Assembly: GCA_012295275.1 (NCBI GenBank)
Contig: CM022677.1
Span: forward strand, 16,182,001 to 16,246,000
Length of the DNA: 64,000 bases
From: Chrysomallon squamiferum
Taxonomy: Eukaryota > Animalia > Mollusca
Direction of reading: 5' to 3'
The notes under the pieces were generated by a model. The model had not been told where the DNA came from and ran no database searches. It worked only from the letters and a program-made list of their open reading frames with translations. This document shows, one piece after another, positions 1 to 18,614 of the stretch. How positions within the stretch are numbered: the first letter of the stretch is position 1; each line of letters begins with the position of its first letter. A program made the position numbers and the translations under genes.

Positions 1-608
1 AAATAATGACAAAAAAAGAATATACGACAAAAAGCAGTACAGACAATCTCAACTTTTGTATTCGAATTTGATTGTGAATTTCAAAGAAACGAAACAGACG
101 AATAAAATGTATATACAGTTTTTCAGTAATAAAACATGTTTATTTTATTTGTCTGTATTAATAATATTTAAATACATCTATCCCTGTTTACGCATCCTGT
201 TTCTAACTCTCGTGTTTTCACGTGTGAGATAACGTGAGCTTGTACTGGTGTACGCAGACTGCCTTCGCTTGTGCATGTGTGTTCATGTGTGTTTCTATCT
301 ACGTGCTGTTGTCTTCTTTTTTGTTGTGTGTGTCTCTGTGTATGTGTGTGTGTGTTTTTATATGACTAGAAATGTCTGTGTGTTCATCTTTGTGTTCAGT
401 GGCGAAACTATTGGAGTGAGCGATCAGTTTAAAATTACCTGGAAATTGTCAGCTAAATATCAATCACACATTTAGTCTCATTTAACGCATTTAAATATAA
501 CTTCTGAACTGACACCTAGCAAGAATATTACAGTGATCAACCGCTAACACTTCAAAACCCTAAATGACACTGCCAGATAGATAAATGATAGACAGACATG
601 AAACAGAA

Positions 609-666
<58 letters not shown>

Positions 667-799
667 TAATGTAAATATTGTAAAAATATTAAATGCATAA
701 AATTAATTACTGCGGGATGTTCCTATGGAATACAAGTATTGATGGCGACAATTAGTAATAAGAAACTGCCCCATACATTATTGTTCGTGACGATCCAAA

Positions 800-862
<63 letters not shown>

Positions 863-970
863 ATATCAAAGAACTCACAGTCCCAGTTTACAGATTAAAA
901 TCTGTTTCTGAAAAGACTGTACTTCAAACAATTATTATTCCATCAAGTGGCCATATATATGTTTGTTCAA

Positions 971-1051
971 TGACGTAAAACATTTATTGACGTCATAAGA
1001 ATCAAACATGGAAGAGAAAAATGGCGCCGATGAAAATGGACAGCGTTGCAG
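971..1051 (+). promoter_or_regulatory. Putative promoter and short first exon of an unidentified + strand transcript
   Basis: CRE-like TGACGTAA (971) and TGACGTCA (988), ATGs at 1008 and 1021 (the latter within a YY1-like AAAATGGCG), then a donor CAG|GTTAGT with GT at 1052. Downstream exons not identified. Confidence 0.4.
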
Positions 1052-1150
1052 GTTAGTTAGTTTTGTTCACAGTTTTTGTAAACAGTTTTCTTTACTGATT
1101 TCCTGTTTTTGACGACGTTGCTTGATGGTAGTCGTAGCTGTTGTTGTTAT

Positions 1151-4100
1151 TAGTTCAGTAGATGACTAATAGTTCAGTAAATGACTAATAGTTCAGTAGA
1201 TGGCTAATAAATCAGTAGATGACTAATAGTTCAGTAGATGGCTACTAGTTCAGTAGATGACTAATAGTTCAGTAGATAACTAATAGTTCAGTAGATGACT
1301 AATAGTTCAGTGTATGACTAATAGTTCAGTAGATGACTAATAGTTCAGTAGATGACTAATAGTTCAATATATGGCTAACAGTTCACTAGATGACTAATAG
1401 TTCAGTACATGGCTAAGAGTTCAGTAGAGGGCTAACACTTCAGTAGATCACCAATAGTTCAGTAGATGACTAATAGTTCAGTAGATGGCTAATAGTTCCA
1501 TAGATGACTAATAGTTCAATATATGTCTAATAGTTCAGTAGATGGCAAATAGTTCAGTAGATGGCTAATAGCTCAGTAGATGGTTAATAGATCAATAGAT
1601 GACTACTAGTTCAGTAGATGACTAATCATTCACTAGATGGCTAATAGTTCTATAGATGACTACTAGTTCAGTAGATGACTAGTAGTTCAGTAGATGACTA
1701 CTAGTTCAGTAGATCAGTAGATGACTACTAATTCAGTAGATCACTAATAGTTCACTAGATGACCAATAGTTCAGTAGATGACTAATAGTTCAGAAGATGG
1801 CTAATAGCTCAGTATATGACTACTAGTTCAGTAGATGGCTACTAGTTCAGTAGATGGCTAATAGTTCAATAGATGACTACTAGCTCAGTAGATGACTACT
1901 AGTTCAGTAGATCAGTAATAGTTCACTAGATGACTAATTATTCACTAGATGACTAATAGTTCAATAAATGACAAATAGTTCAATAGATGACAAATTGTTC
2001 AGTAGATGACCAATAGTTCAGTAGATGACTAATAGTTCAGTTGATGACAAATAGTTCAATAGATGACAAATAGTTCAGTAGATGACTAATAGTTCAGAAG
2101 ATGACTAATAGTTCAGTAGATGACTAATAGTTCACTACATGACTAATAGTTCAGTAGATGACTAATAGTTCACTACATGACTAATAGTTCAGTAGATGAC
2201 TGAGAACTATTTCGGTACATGACTACTAGTTCAGTAGATGGCTAATAGTTCAGTAGATGACTAATAGTTCAGTAGATGGCTTATAGTTCTGGAGATGACT
2301 ACTAGTTCAGTAGATGGATAGTGGTTCAATAGATAGCTAAAAGTTCAGTAGATGACTACTAGTTCAGTAGATGGCTAATAGATGAGTAGATGACTGCTAG
2401 GTTAGTAGATGACGAATAGTTTAGTATTTGACTAATAGTTCAGTAGATGACTAATAGTTCAGTAGATGGCTAATAAATCAGTAGATGGCTAATAAATCAG
2501 TAGATGACTAATAGTTCAGTAGATGACTAATAGTTCAGTAGATGGCTAATAAATCAGTAGATGGCTAATAAATCAGTAGATGACTAATAGTTCAGTAGAT
2601 GACTAATAGTTCAGTAAATGGCTAATAAATCAGTAGATGACGAATAGTTCAGTAGATGGCTAATAGTTCCCTAGATGACTAATAGATCACTAGATGACTA
2701 ATCATTCAGTAGATGGCTAATAGTTCAGTAGATGACTACTAGTTCAGTAGATGACTACTAGTTCAGTTGATGACTACTAATTCAGTAGATGACGAACAGT
2801 TCAGTAGATGACTAATAGTTCAGAAGATGGCTAATATCTCAGTAGATGACTACTAGTTCAGCAGATGGCTAATAGTTCAAAAGATGACTACTAGTTCAGT
2901 AGATGATTACTAGTTAAGTAGATCACTAATAGTTCACTAGATGACTAATCATTCAGTAGATGACTAATAGTTCAATAGATGACAAATAGTTCAGTAGATG
3001 ACTAATAGTTCAGTCCATGGCTAATAGTTCAGTAGATGACTACTAGTTCAGTAGATGGCTAATAGTTCAGTAGATGACTACTGGTTCAGTAGATGACTAA
3101 TAGTTCAGTAGATGGCTTATAGTTCAGGAGATGACTACTAGTTCAGTAGATGGATAGTAGTTCAATAGACAGCTGAATGTCAGTAGATGGCTACTAGTTC
3201 ATTAGATGACTACTAGTTTAGTAGATGGCTAAAAGTTCAGTAGATGGCTTATAGTTCAGCAGATGACTACTAGTTCAGTAGATGGCTAATAGTTCAGTAG
3301 ATGGCTAATAGTTCAGTAGATGACCAATAGTTCAGTAGATGACCAGTAGTTCAGTAGATGGCTAATAGTTCAGTAGATGGCTAATATTTCATTAGATGAG
3401 CAATAGTTCAGTAAATGGCTAATAGTTCATTAGATGACTACTAGTTTAGTAGATGGCTAAAAGTTCAGTAGATGGCTTATAGTTCAGCAGATGAGTACTA
3501 GTTCAGTAGATGGCTAATAGTTCAGTAGATGACTAATCGTCCAGTAGATGACTAATAGTTCACTAGATGAATAATAGTTCAGTAGATGACTAAAAGTTCA
3601 GTAGATGGCTACTAGTTCAGTAGTTCAGCAGATGACTAGTCGTTCAGATGACTACTAGTTCAGTAGATGGCTAATAGTTCAGTAGATGACTACTACTTCA
3701 GTAGTGACTACTAGTTCAGAAGATGACTAATAGTTCAGTAGATGACTACTACTTCAGTAGAAGACTACTAGTTCAGTAGATGAGTAATAGTTCAGTAGAT
3801 GATTAATAGTTCAGCAGATGACTAGTCGTTCAGTAGATGACTAATAGTTCAGTAGATGACTAGTAGTTCAGTAGATGACAATTCGTTCAGTAGATGACTA
3901 TTCGTTCAGTAGATGACTAATAGTTCAGTAGATGACTAATAGTTCAGTAGATGGATAATCGTTCACTAGATGACTACTAGTTCAGTAGATGACCAATAGT
4001 TCAGTAGATGACTAATAGTTCAGTAGATTGCTTATAGCTGAAAAGATGACTAATAGTTCGAGATATGGCTAATAGTTCAGTAGATGACTAGTCGTTCAGT

Positions 4101-4311
4101 AGATGACTAATAGTTCAGTAGATTGCTAATAGTTCAGTAGATGACCAATAGTTCAGTAGATGGCTAATAGTTCAAGATATTGCTAATTGTTCGGTAAATG
4201 ACTAATAGTTCAGTAGATGACTAATAGCTCAATAGATGACTAATAGTTGAAGATATGGCTAATAGTTCAATATATAGCTAACAGTTCAATAGGTGGTTAT
4301 CAGTTCAGTAT
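1151..4311. repeat. 19-bp minisatellite array, consensus TAATAGTTCAGTAGATGAC, about 165 copies
   Basis: Directly visible head-to-tail units with point variants (GAC/GGC, TAAT/TACT). No unique spacers, and stop codons throughout. Confidence 0.97.
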
Positions 4312-4699
4312 ATGTTAAGCACGCAAGCAATTAAACAAAACAAAAAAAACTAAACAAAAAATATATAGAAATCATACTAATAAAGAAATAAATCGTAGGA
4401 AATAATAGCTATATACAAAACAAATCGCGTTAAAAAAGATAGGAAATCATATTTTATCGGAATTCGTCAATCAGTTTTTTATTTACGCGAATTTTCCAAT
4501 GAAAACAACAGACAGACAGAAGACAGACAGAAACTAACAGATGTGGAACAAAATAAATAGTAAAAGAACTGGTAGGAGGATGGATGGATGAATACAGAAA
4601 CGAGTTTAAAATACCATACAGTAGTAGTAGTAGATGTCAATAGTAGTAGTAGTAGTCAGAAAGTAGTAGTAATAGAATAGTAGTAGTAATAATAGTAAT

Positions 4700-4762
<63 letters not shown>

Positions 4763-5598
4763 TAATAAATACATAGATAAATAAATAAATAAATAAATAA
4801 ATTAATTAATATATAAATCAGTCAATAAATAAATATATGTATATAAGGTTTAAGAAACGAACGAAAGGAACTAAGCTAGTACACGGATTCAGTCAGAGAA
4901 TGTTCATCGTTAACTTACAGCGTACTAACAGCGTGAATCGCCAAACGTGATTGTGTAATGATGGCACACACAACAAACTACTGTGTTTGTTTTTCAGTGC
5001 GTAACGCTATTTTAACACAGTATCTGTACAGAGCGTTATGACTTTTGCATAACATAGATCGTTCAGTTCTTACCCAACGAGATTTTGAACGCATTCTGTT
5101 TTTCGTTTGCGTGTTCGTGAGTGAGTGAGTGTGTGTGAGTGTGTGTGGCTGTGTGTGTGTATTTACGTCTGTGTTTGTGGCGTACGTATGTTAAATAGAA
5201 TCGTCAGTCAGCTATTTCCCGTTCTAACCTGTACGTTTCAGCTGGTTTACGAGAGATTATGAGATGTGCTCTGCTGTTCAAGGGAAGGTGCTCACTAAAT
5301 ATGACTTTGCGCTACGAGACTCAGTGTGACAGCTTCTGTAGCTTCATTTTATTAAATGTAAATATTTACCGTTTATTATTTCTATTTGCAGTATTTCTCC
5401 TCCTTCTCCTCCTTCTCCTCCTCCTCCTCCTACTACTACTACTACTACTATATATATACTACTAATAATAATAATGACCATTTTGATTTTATTTTAAATT
5501 TAAATCAAATAAAATAAACATTATTATTATTATATATTTATTTATTCTGTAAGTAACAATCATGGAGATTTATAAATGAAACATTTGCGAGAACATAT

Positions 5599-5657
<59 letters not shown>

Positions 5658-5741
5658 CAAATTGTAGAAGTAAATAAATAACAAAATATATAAACTTTTA
5701 GTTACGGTAGAGATCGGTAATTTTCGACAGTCACGGAAATC

Positions 5742-5839
5742 GGGGATTCCCATAACGATAACCTTGACAATACTTTGACGTTTGATTGTGACTTGGCTTT
5801 CGTTAATAGTGTTCGTTGGTTTCCGGTGTGATGACGTCA
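5742..5839. promoter_or_regulatory. NF-kB-like site (GGGGATTCCC) plus CRE (TGACGTCA), candidate enhancer of copy A
   Basis: GGGGATTCCC at 5742-5751 and TGACGTCA at 5832-5839. Both are identical in the paralogous block (33028-33037, 33079-33086) although the surrounding sequence has diverged. Confidence 0.45.
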
Positions 5840-6012
5840 ACAATGCTATGACGTGATATTTTTCTGTTATATGGATGTGATATTAGGACATTAATCTTCT
5901 TGAATATTTTCTTTCTAAATTTAGTCAGGACATTAAGGTAGATAAAATAATGTATTTTATTTATTTATTTTTATTTAGTTAGTTAGTTAGTTGCATTTTA
6001 AATTAAGTTTCA

Positions 6013-6078
<66 letters not shown>

Positions 6079-7279
6079 GTATACTCTTCCACGCACACGC
6101 ACACACACACACACTGATACACACGCATCCATGTCTGTGCATTTAAATTAAATACAACATTTAATACTCTGAAGAATAAAAAATTGAAAAAACAGATGAG
6201 CAGGATACTCAACAAAAAAAAACATCACTGACAAAAAATAAAAAAAAAAAAAAAAAAAAACAAATCAGTGGAGCGTAGATATTTATGCTGGAATTTCTTG
6301 GTTATTTTTATTTTTATTTTTATTTTTTTTACACTTATGCCCTTTGTCACGTAATATTCACTCCAGGCATTTGATGACGTGTTTTAATAATGGCAGTATT
6401 ATGAGTAATTTATATGCTTGTAATAAATACCATAAATAATATTTCAGTTCGGAACGCGTCAGCAGAACCTGTTAACGATTAGCTGCTACTAAGACTACAA
6501 CAGCTACTACAACGACATCTGATCTACGTCTTCCGAGAACTGCAACAGCAATAACTACTAACACAACACCTTTTGAAACAACAACAGCTACTACTTCAAC
6601 ATATCACATTTCTATTACTACAAGGAAAACAGAAGGAACTATAAAAACAGCATTTACAACGACATCAACGGCATACAGTTAAAAAGTGAAACAAACGTAG
6701 CAGCATCATAGGAAGCGAAAACGTTTTTCTTACGTTTGTTAAGAAAAAAGAAAATTGTGTGGAGTTGGGAGAAGGAGGGATAACAACAACAGCGACTACA
6801 ACAACGACTGAAACCAGTTGAGGACAACACTAGAACAACCTAAAAGCAATTCGAAAACGAAACAAATAAAAACCAGCAACATTTTTGTAGAAAGTAATTT
6901 ACGTTCTGTAGATCTTCACTGCACAAAAGAGGTATGTGAAAAACTGCTTACACACAATATTTGTATATTTTTTGTTTATTTTTCGTTTAATAGTTATTAT
7001 TTTTATCTACTTTCTATTATTAATTATTATACTGATTTATTTTCGATTTTTACTTATTATTTTTGTTTATTTTCTCTTGTTAGTTATAATGTTTAGCTAT
7101 TTTATTTATTATCTATTATTAGTTATTACTTTTATTTATGTTCTATTATTAGTTATTATTTTTAGTTATTTTCTATTAGTAGTTATTAGCAGTTATATAG
7201 AAGTAATGTTTGCTCTGTCGACCTAGTCATATATTTCATTTACAAGACCACTACTACAACAAAAACAATGACGTATCTC

Positions 7280-7334
<55 letters not shown>

Positions 7335-7548
7335 TATGATAATGATGATAACGATAATGGTAATAACGATAATAATAACACTAATAATAATGATAATATT
7401 AATGATGATGATGATAATAATAATAATACTGATAATGATGATAATAATAATACAGGGAAGTGATTCTGAAAGTACAAAATTTGTATTAAAGACCACAAAA
7501 CTACACAAAAAGGAAACTTCTAGAATCGCACAGTTTTGTTTTCCCCGA

Positions 7549-7769
7549 TTCCGAGAACATTTCTGACGTCATGGTTTCATTTTCCTTATAGCAACAGGAT
7601 CCTAAGCATAACTCATCTGGTCCTATATTTATCTGACTCACTGTGTTATTAACATATCATTAAGCACTAGAGGTGTAAGAGATATATGTTTTCATTTACT
7701 TGACGGCTGATTGTTGAATAGTGCTGGGTTTGTACAGAGTAACTTCTGCCACCATCTTGGATCGTTTCA
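7549..7769 (+). promoter_or_regulatory. Proximal promoter and non-coding first exon (exon 0) of receptor copy A
   Basis: GAS-like TTCCGAGAA (7549), CRE TGACGTCA (7564), ISRE-like GGTTTCATTTTCC (7573-7585), YY1/Kozak-like GCCACCATCTTGG (~7748), donor CA|GTAAGT with GT at 7770. Conserved at 35041-35268. The ATG-bearing exon at 9443 starts with an acceptor, so an upstream exon is expected. Confidence 0.6.
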
Positions 7770-7803
7770 GTAAGTGTCATTTTTTTTTTGTTGTTCTTCT
7801 TCG

Positions 7804-7850
<47 letters not shown>

Positions 7851-8231
7851 TGTATTGATTATAATTATTTGTTTGTTTGTATGTTTGTTTATTTATTAAT
7901 TTATCGCTCTGGTAAATTAATGATACTGCAATTCGAGAGTACCATCGTATTAAACGAGTCCTACATCAGTACTAAATACTAAATCTACAACCAAATGTTC
8001 TGAATAATCTGGGCGCTACAGTTCCATTTTCAGTTTTCTAAGCCTCTTTTGAAAATTATCTCGTGGATTAAATATTTCCAGAAGTCATTGTTGTATTAGT
8101 AAAACGTTCATTATGACAACAAAAGATAATTGTCATTTGCTTTTTGCTTTTTCTTCATTCTGTGGTTTCTTATGTTGTCGTTCGTTCATTTATTTGTTCT
8201 TTGATTCATTCATTTAATTTCATTTTTTTCC

Positions 8232-8289
<58 letters not shown>

Positions 8290-9235
8290 TTTTTTTTTTT
8301 AAAACAGAGAAAAATGTAAATTTGATTCTGTCTTGTTTGACATACGGGTTACTTGTTGAAGCAGTGTGATTCACTTCAGTTTGATAATGTTTATTCTAAA
8401 AACTGGCTGAGGCTGTTTCAGGATGTAAATGTATGTATGGGTGTGTACGAAGGCCACATATAGACACGCAATGAATACACGAACATACAGACGCCCAAAA
8501 GGAAAAAAAAAAAACCACAGAGTCTCGTTTAAAATCTTATAAATTGTTAACAATACTGGTAAAAAAGAAAAAAAAAAAAAAATGTTTCTTTTCTTGTTCG
8601 CTTAAGTGTACATAATGAACACCTAAAGGTACGTTCATACGAAACAATTCACATTAACACTTTTTAATATATATATATATATATATATACAATTATTACA
8701 ATAAGATCATTACAATGCATCTCCTTTACCACGATAATAACATTGGTCTTCAGGCCATATACAATCTTTCTAACCCTCATTTATAATCGTTTATTTAAAG
8801 ACGAGTGTATAAACTAGGTATAATATATTATCAACTATAAAAACGCCTATATATATAAAATTAAATTAAATGAATGGGCTTGAAATTAAATGAATACATA
8901 CATACTTATCATTTTTTCGTTATAACGCTCAAGTTGTCGTGTTTTTGTTTTGTTTTCTTTTATCTGAATATCTAAAGACCGTTACAGTGTCTACATCTCA
9001 TCCACTTCTCTCTCTTATGCTGACTGTACTTTGATGTTACCAGACTGTTGCGGTATCTGAGTGAATGAGGGAGTGAAAAATGAACACGTTATTAGTTAGT
9101 TGCACACCGCCAAATGCCCGTTCACTGAATATCTAATAACAGGAGACAAATGCCCTCTTTGTTACACACGCGGGCCCTTTAAGAACGGTTACGTAATTCA
9201 AGGTAAAAAAGAAATTGTTAGAGGTACGTCAACAC

Positions 9236-9286
<51 letters not shown>

Positions 9287-9456
9287 ACAAAGCCGTAAAG
9301 AAAAGCCCACATAGATCCCTTTTCAAAACAAATAACTGTCGAAAAATTCTCCTTGGGTCAAATGACTGGTTTTATATATTGACTGTAACATATATGTATA
9401 TATATATGCATGTGTGTGTATATATATATGTTTGTCTTTTAGATAAGACATTGAAA

Positions 9457-15592
<6,136 letters not shown>

Positions 15593-15813
15593 ATGAAACA
15601 CGTGACCTTCACGACGTCATTCCAGAATCAAATGTACAGGAACATTTTTTACATAGCTATTTAAACAACATCTATCTTTTTATTTTTTATAAAAAAAAAA
15701 AAAATAAATAAATAAATAAAAAAAAAAATAAATAAATAAAAAAGTATAAATTCAAAAGACATTCCTGAAACAAAAATTTATTATTTAGTATTAATGCAAT
15801 AATTGAAATATAA

Positions 15814-15866
<53 letters not shown>

Positions 15867-16869
15867 GTTTCTTCTAATAGTGAAGAAAGATAATTAAAAA
15901 AATGTATGTATTAATTATAATTATTGTGTGCATATTTTAAAATAACTTTAAATGTTGTGATAATCAAAACTAAGCAAATTCCTTAAAATCAAAATAATGA
16001 AGCATTTTGTATTTATTTATTTATTTATTCATTCATTTAATGTTTTTTTAATATTGTTTTTGTTCTTATTTTTATCATTTGTTTTGTTTTATAGTTTTCA
16101 TTTTTTTTTATATGCTTTCATAATCAATAATAACTGATAATTTAGTGCTTTTGTCTTACACTATATGTTTAATTTCATTATTATTTTATTTAATACGTTA
16201 TATATTCAATGATCAATACTGAGAAATATTTTTGCAAATATTTTTCCTGTTGTCTTGTAGACATTCATCATTGCTTCTTAATTATAAAAAAAAAAAATTT
16301 CTTATTATACAAAATAAAAATCATAAATACATACATACATACGTATACATATTTATATTTTTAAATATTAATTTTTGTTGTATTATGTAAACATATTTCA
16401 AATATGTGCAAATTAATATTTTTAATTTTTTAATCTTTATTTCTCTATGGTTTCATGATGTGTCTAATTGTGTAGAAATTATTTTTAGTTTCCAGTATAC
16501 ACATTTATAGATTTTTTTTAAACAGTAAATATTAACAGCAAGATTTTGTTTTGTTTTGTTTTTTGGGATAATATATGATGACTAATTATTTACTTATTCA
16601 TTTTAATTTTTTATAAATTTTTGTTTTATCTTTCTTTAGAAAATATTAATAAAACAATAAAATAAACAGACTATATTAAAATATTAGTAAAGCTTTTCCT
16701 GTATACTCAGTCTCTGATGACTTTTCGCACAAGCACAGATAATGATCTAACTGCCTTCTATGTTTTTCATAATGAAACACATAACATTTTTTACTTGATT
16801 GTATTTGAAATAGATATATTCCAAAAGGTCTTGACATTCTAACCAGATGAATAAATACGTTTTAGATCT

Positions 16870-17990
16870 AACCTGTGTAAAGTTGGATCTTAATAGCAAT
16901 TCTGTTGGACGAACGAAATGTTAATGTGGCAGTCCTATTGGATATTAATTAATGGCTATGAAATAAATTTAATTTAATTCTTAATTATATGTCATCCTGA
17001 CACCGCTTAACGTATATAAATAATACTAATAATAATGATGATGATAATGATAATAATAATACTAATAATACTAATATTAATGATAATGATGATAATGATA
17101 ATGATAATGATAATGATCATGATAATAATAATAATAATAAAAATAATAATCATAATAATCATAATGATAACAACAAAAATTAAATATATTCTTCAAAAAA
17201 ATGTTGGGGGAAACTCTAATAGAATTTACAATTTACAATAATTTTATATATAGTAAATAAATAAATAAAGTTGTTAATAATATTAAGTATTTGAAGTGTT
17301 CAGTAACAAAGGAGTTGAAATATGTCACATTTTCATCAATCTAATACAGTGTGTTCATATCATCCACTTGCACTGTGTATTTAGTTAAATCGTATTTCCA
17401 TGAAGAACACATTAATAAAATATGTATTTGTTATATTAATTGTAGACAAAACCCTATCTAATTTAAACAAGTGATGTTGCAAATAAAACATTTAAAAACA
17501 GTAAGAATTTTGAAAATAAATTAATTAATATACAGGTATAAAAAAGGTACTCAAGAGAAAAACTGAAGGATAAACAAATAGAAATAAATAACTTACCTTC
17601 TTGCAATGTCCGTGCCCTTTTCTCGTCATTATTTAAAGCTTTATAAATAATTTCAGTTAATATGTATAAAATCTTTAGGACGGATCAATGATTCAAAAAA
17701 AAAAAATAAAAAAAAAAATAAAAAAATAAAATTTATTACAGTCTCTAAACATTACTGTGTAAATACATTTTACTTATTCTGTCTCTTGATACAATTTTAC
17801 AGCCGGTGTTAAATCAAGTTTTATCTTTTGTTGATTCTTTTCAACACTTTCTATTCAGATGTCTGTACCTTATTAAATATATATAATTTACTTCTGGTCT
17901 ATTACACTAATAGCAGTTCCAAAAATAAATGTTACTTGTTAAAGCTGTTTCGTTCACTTTTAGTTTGATAATGTTTTGTGAAAATATCTC
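16870..17990. repeat. Orphan copy of the fucosyltransferase 5' flank (paralogous to ~22360-23525 and ~24050-25110)
   Basis: Shared TCTGTTGGACGAAC...ATGTTAATGTGGCAGTCCT, CCGTGCCCTTTTCTCGTCATTATTTAAA and GTTTGATAATGTTTTGTGAAAATATCTCT blocks. Confidence 0.85.
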
Positions 17991-18008
17991 TCTCTCTCTC
18001 TCTCTCTC

Positions 18009-18084
<76 letters not shown>

Positions 18085-18127
18085 CGTATGTATATATGTA
18101 TGTATGTGTGTGTATATTTATATATAT

Positions 18128-18163
<36 letters not shown>

Positions 18164-18566
18164 CATATACATATATATATATATATCTATGTATGCATAC
18201 ATGTATATATATATGTATATATGTTAGTAAATATAAATATGTATCTTCTGGTATTAGTATCATTTCAATTTGTTTTCATACTGCAATGTTTTTATTTATT
18301 TAGTTATTTAACTTTTTTGTATTAATTTGATACTTCATTTCTCCTTTGCTTTCCTCTATCGTTTTCTCTTCTTTCCATTTCTAAGCTACATGCAACGCAC
18401 GCACTCACAAGAAAGAAAACCACACAGTTTCTTTAAAAACTACACTAATAAAAATAAACTTTTTCTTTTTTCTTTTCTTGTTTCTTCAAGGATTATGTGA
18501 AATGAAAAACAACTGTTAAAAATAATAAATAAATATTTTCTTATTTTCTATATATAAAGAAGAGAA

Positions 18567-18614
<48 letters not shown>

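Larger units (their letters stand above)
4800..8240 (+). repeat. Segmental duplication: upstream/promoter block of receptor copy A, paralogous to ~32220-35680
   Basis: Colinear shared blocks, e.g. TTTCAGCTGGTTTACGAGAGATTATGAGA (~5240/~32780), AGAGATCGGTAATTTTCGACA (~5710/~32995), AAGCACTAGAGGTGTAAGAGATATATGTTTTCATTTACTTG (~7662/~35156). Confidence 0.9.

Noticed and set aside
1151-4311. 19-bp array as a CRISPR array or coding repeat
   Set aside because: Units are contiguous with no unique spacers, there are no cas genes, the context is eukaryotic, and stops occur throughout.
7456-7566. Possible coding exon GSDSESTKFVLKTTKLHKKETSRIAQF
   Set aside because: The frame is not conserved in the paralog (~34949-35060), and the region overlaps the candidate promoter motifs.
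9100-9456. N-terminal part of ORF 9100-9564 with poly-Lys
   Set aside because: It is intron containing an A-run of ~43 nt; the exon begins at the acceptor at 9443 and the ATG is at 9457.
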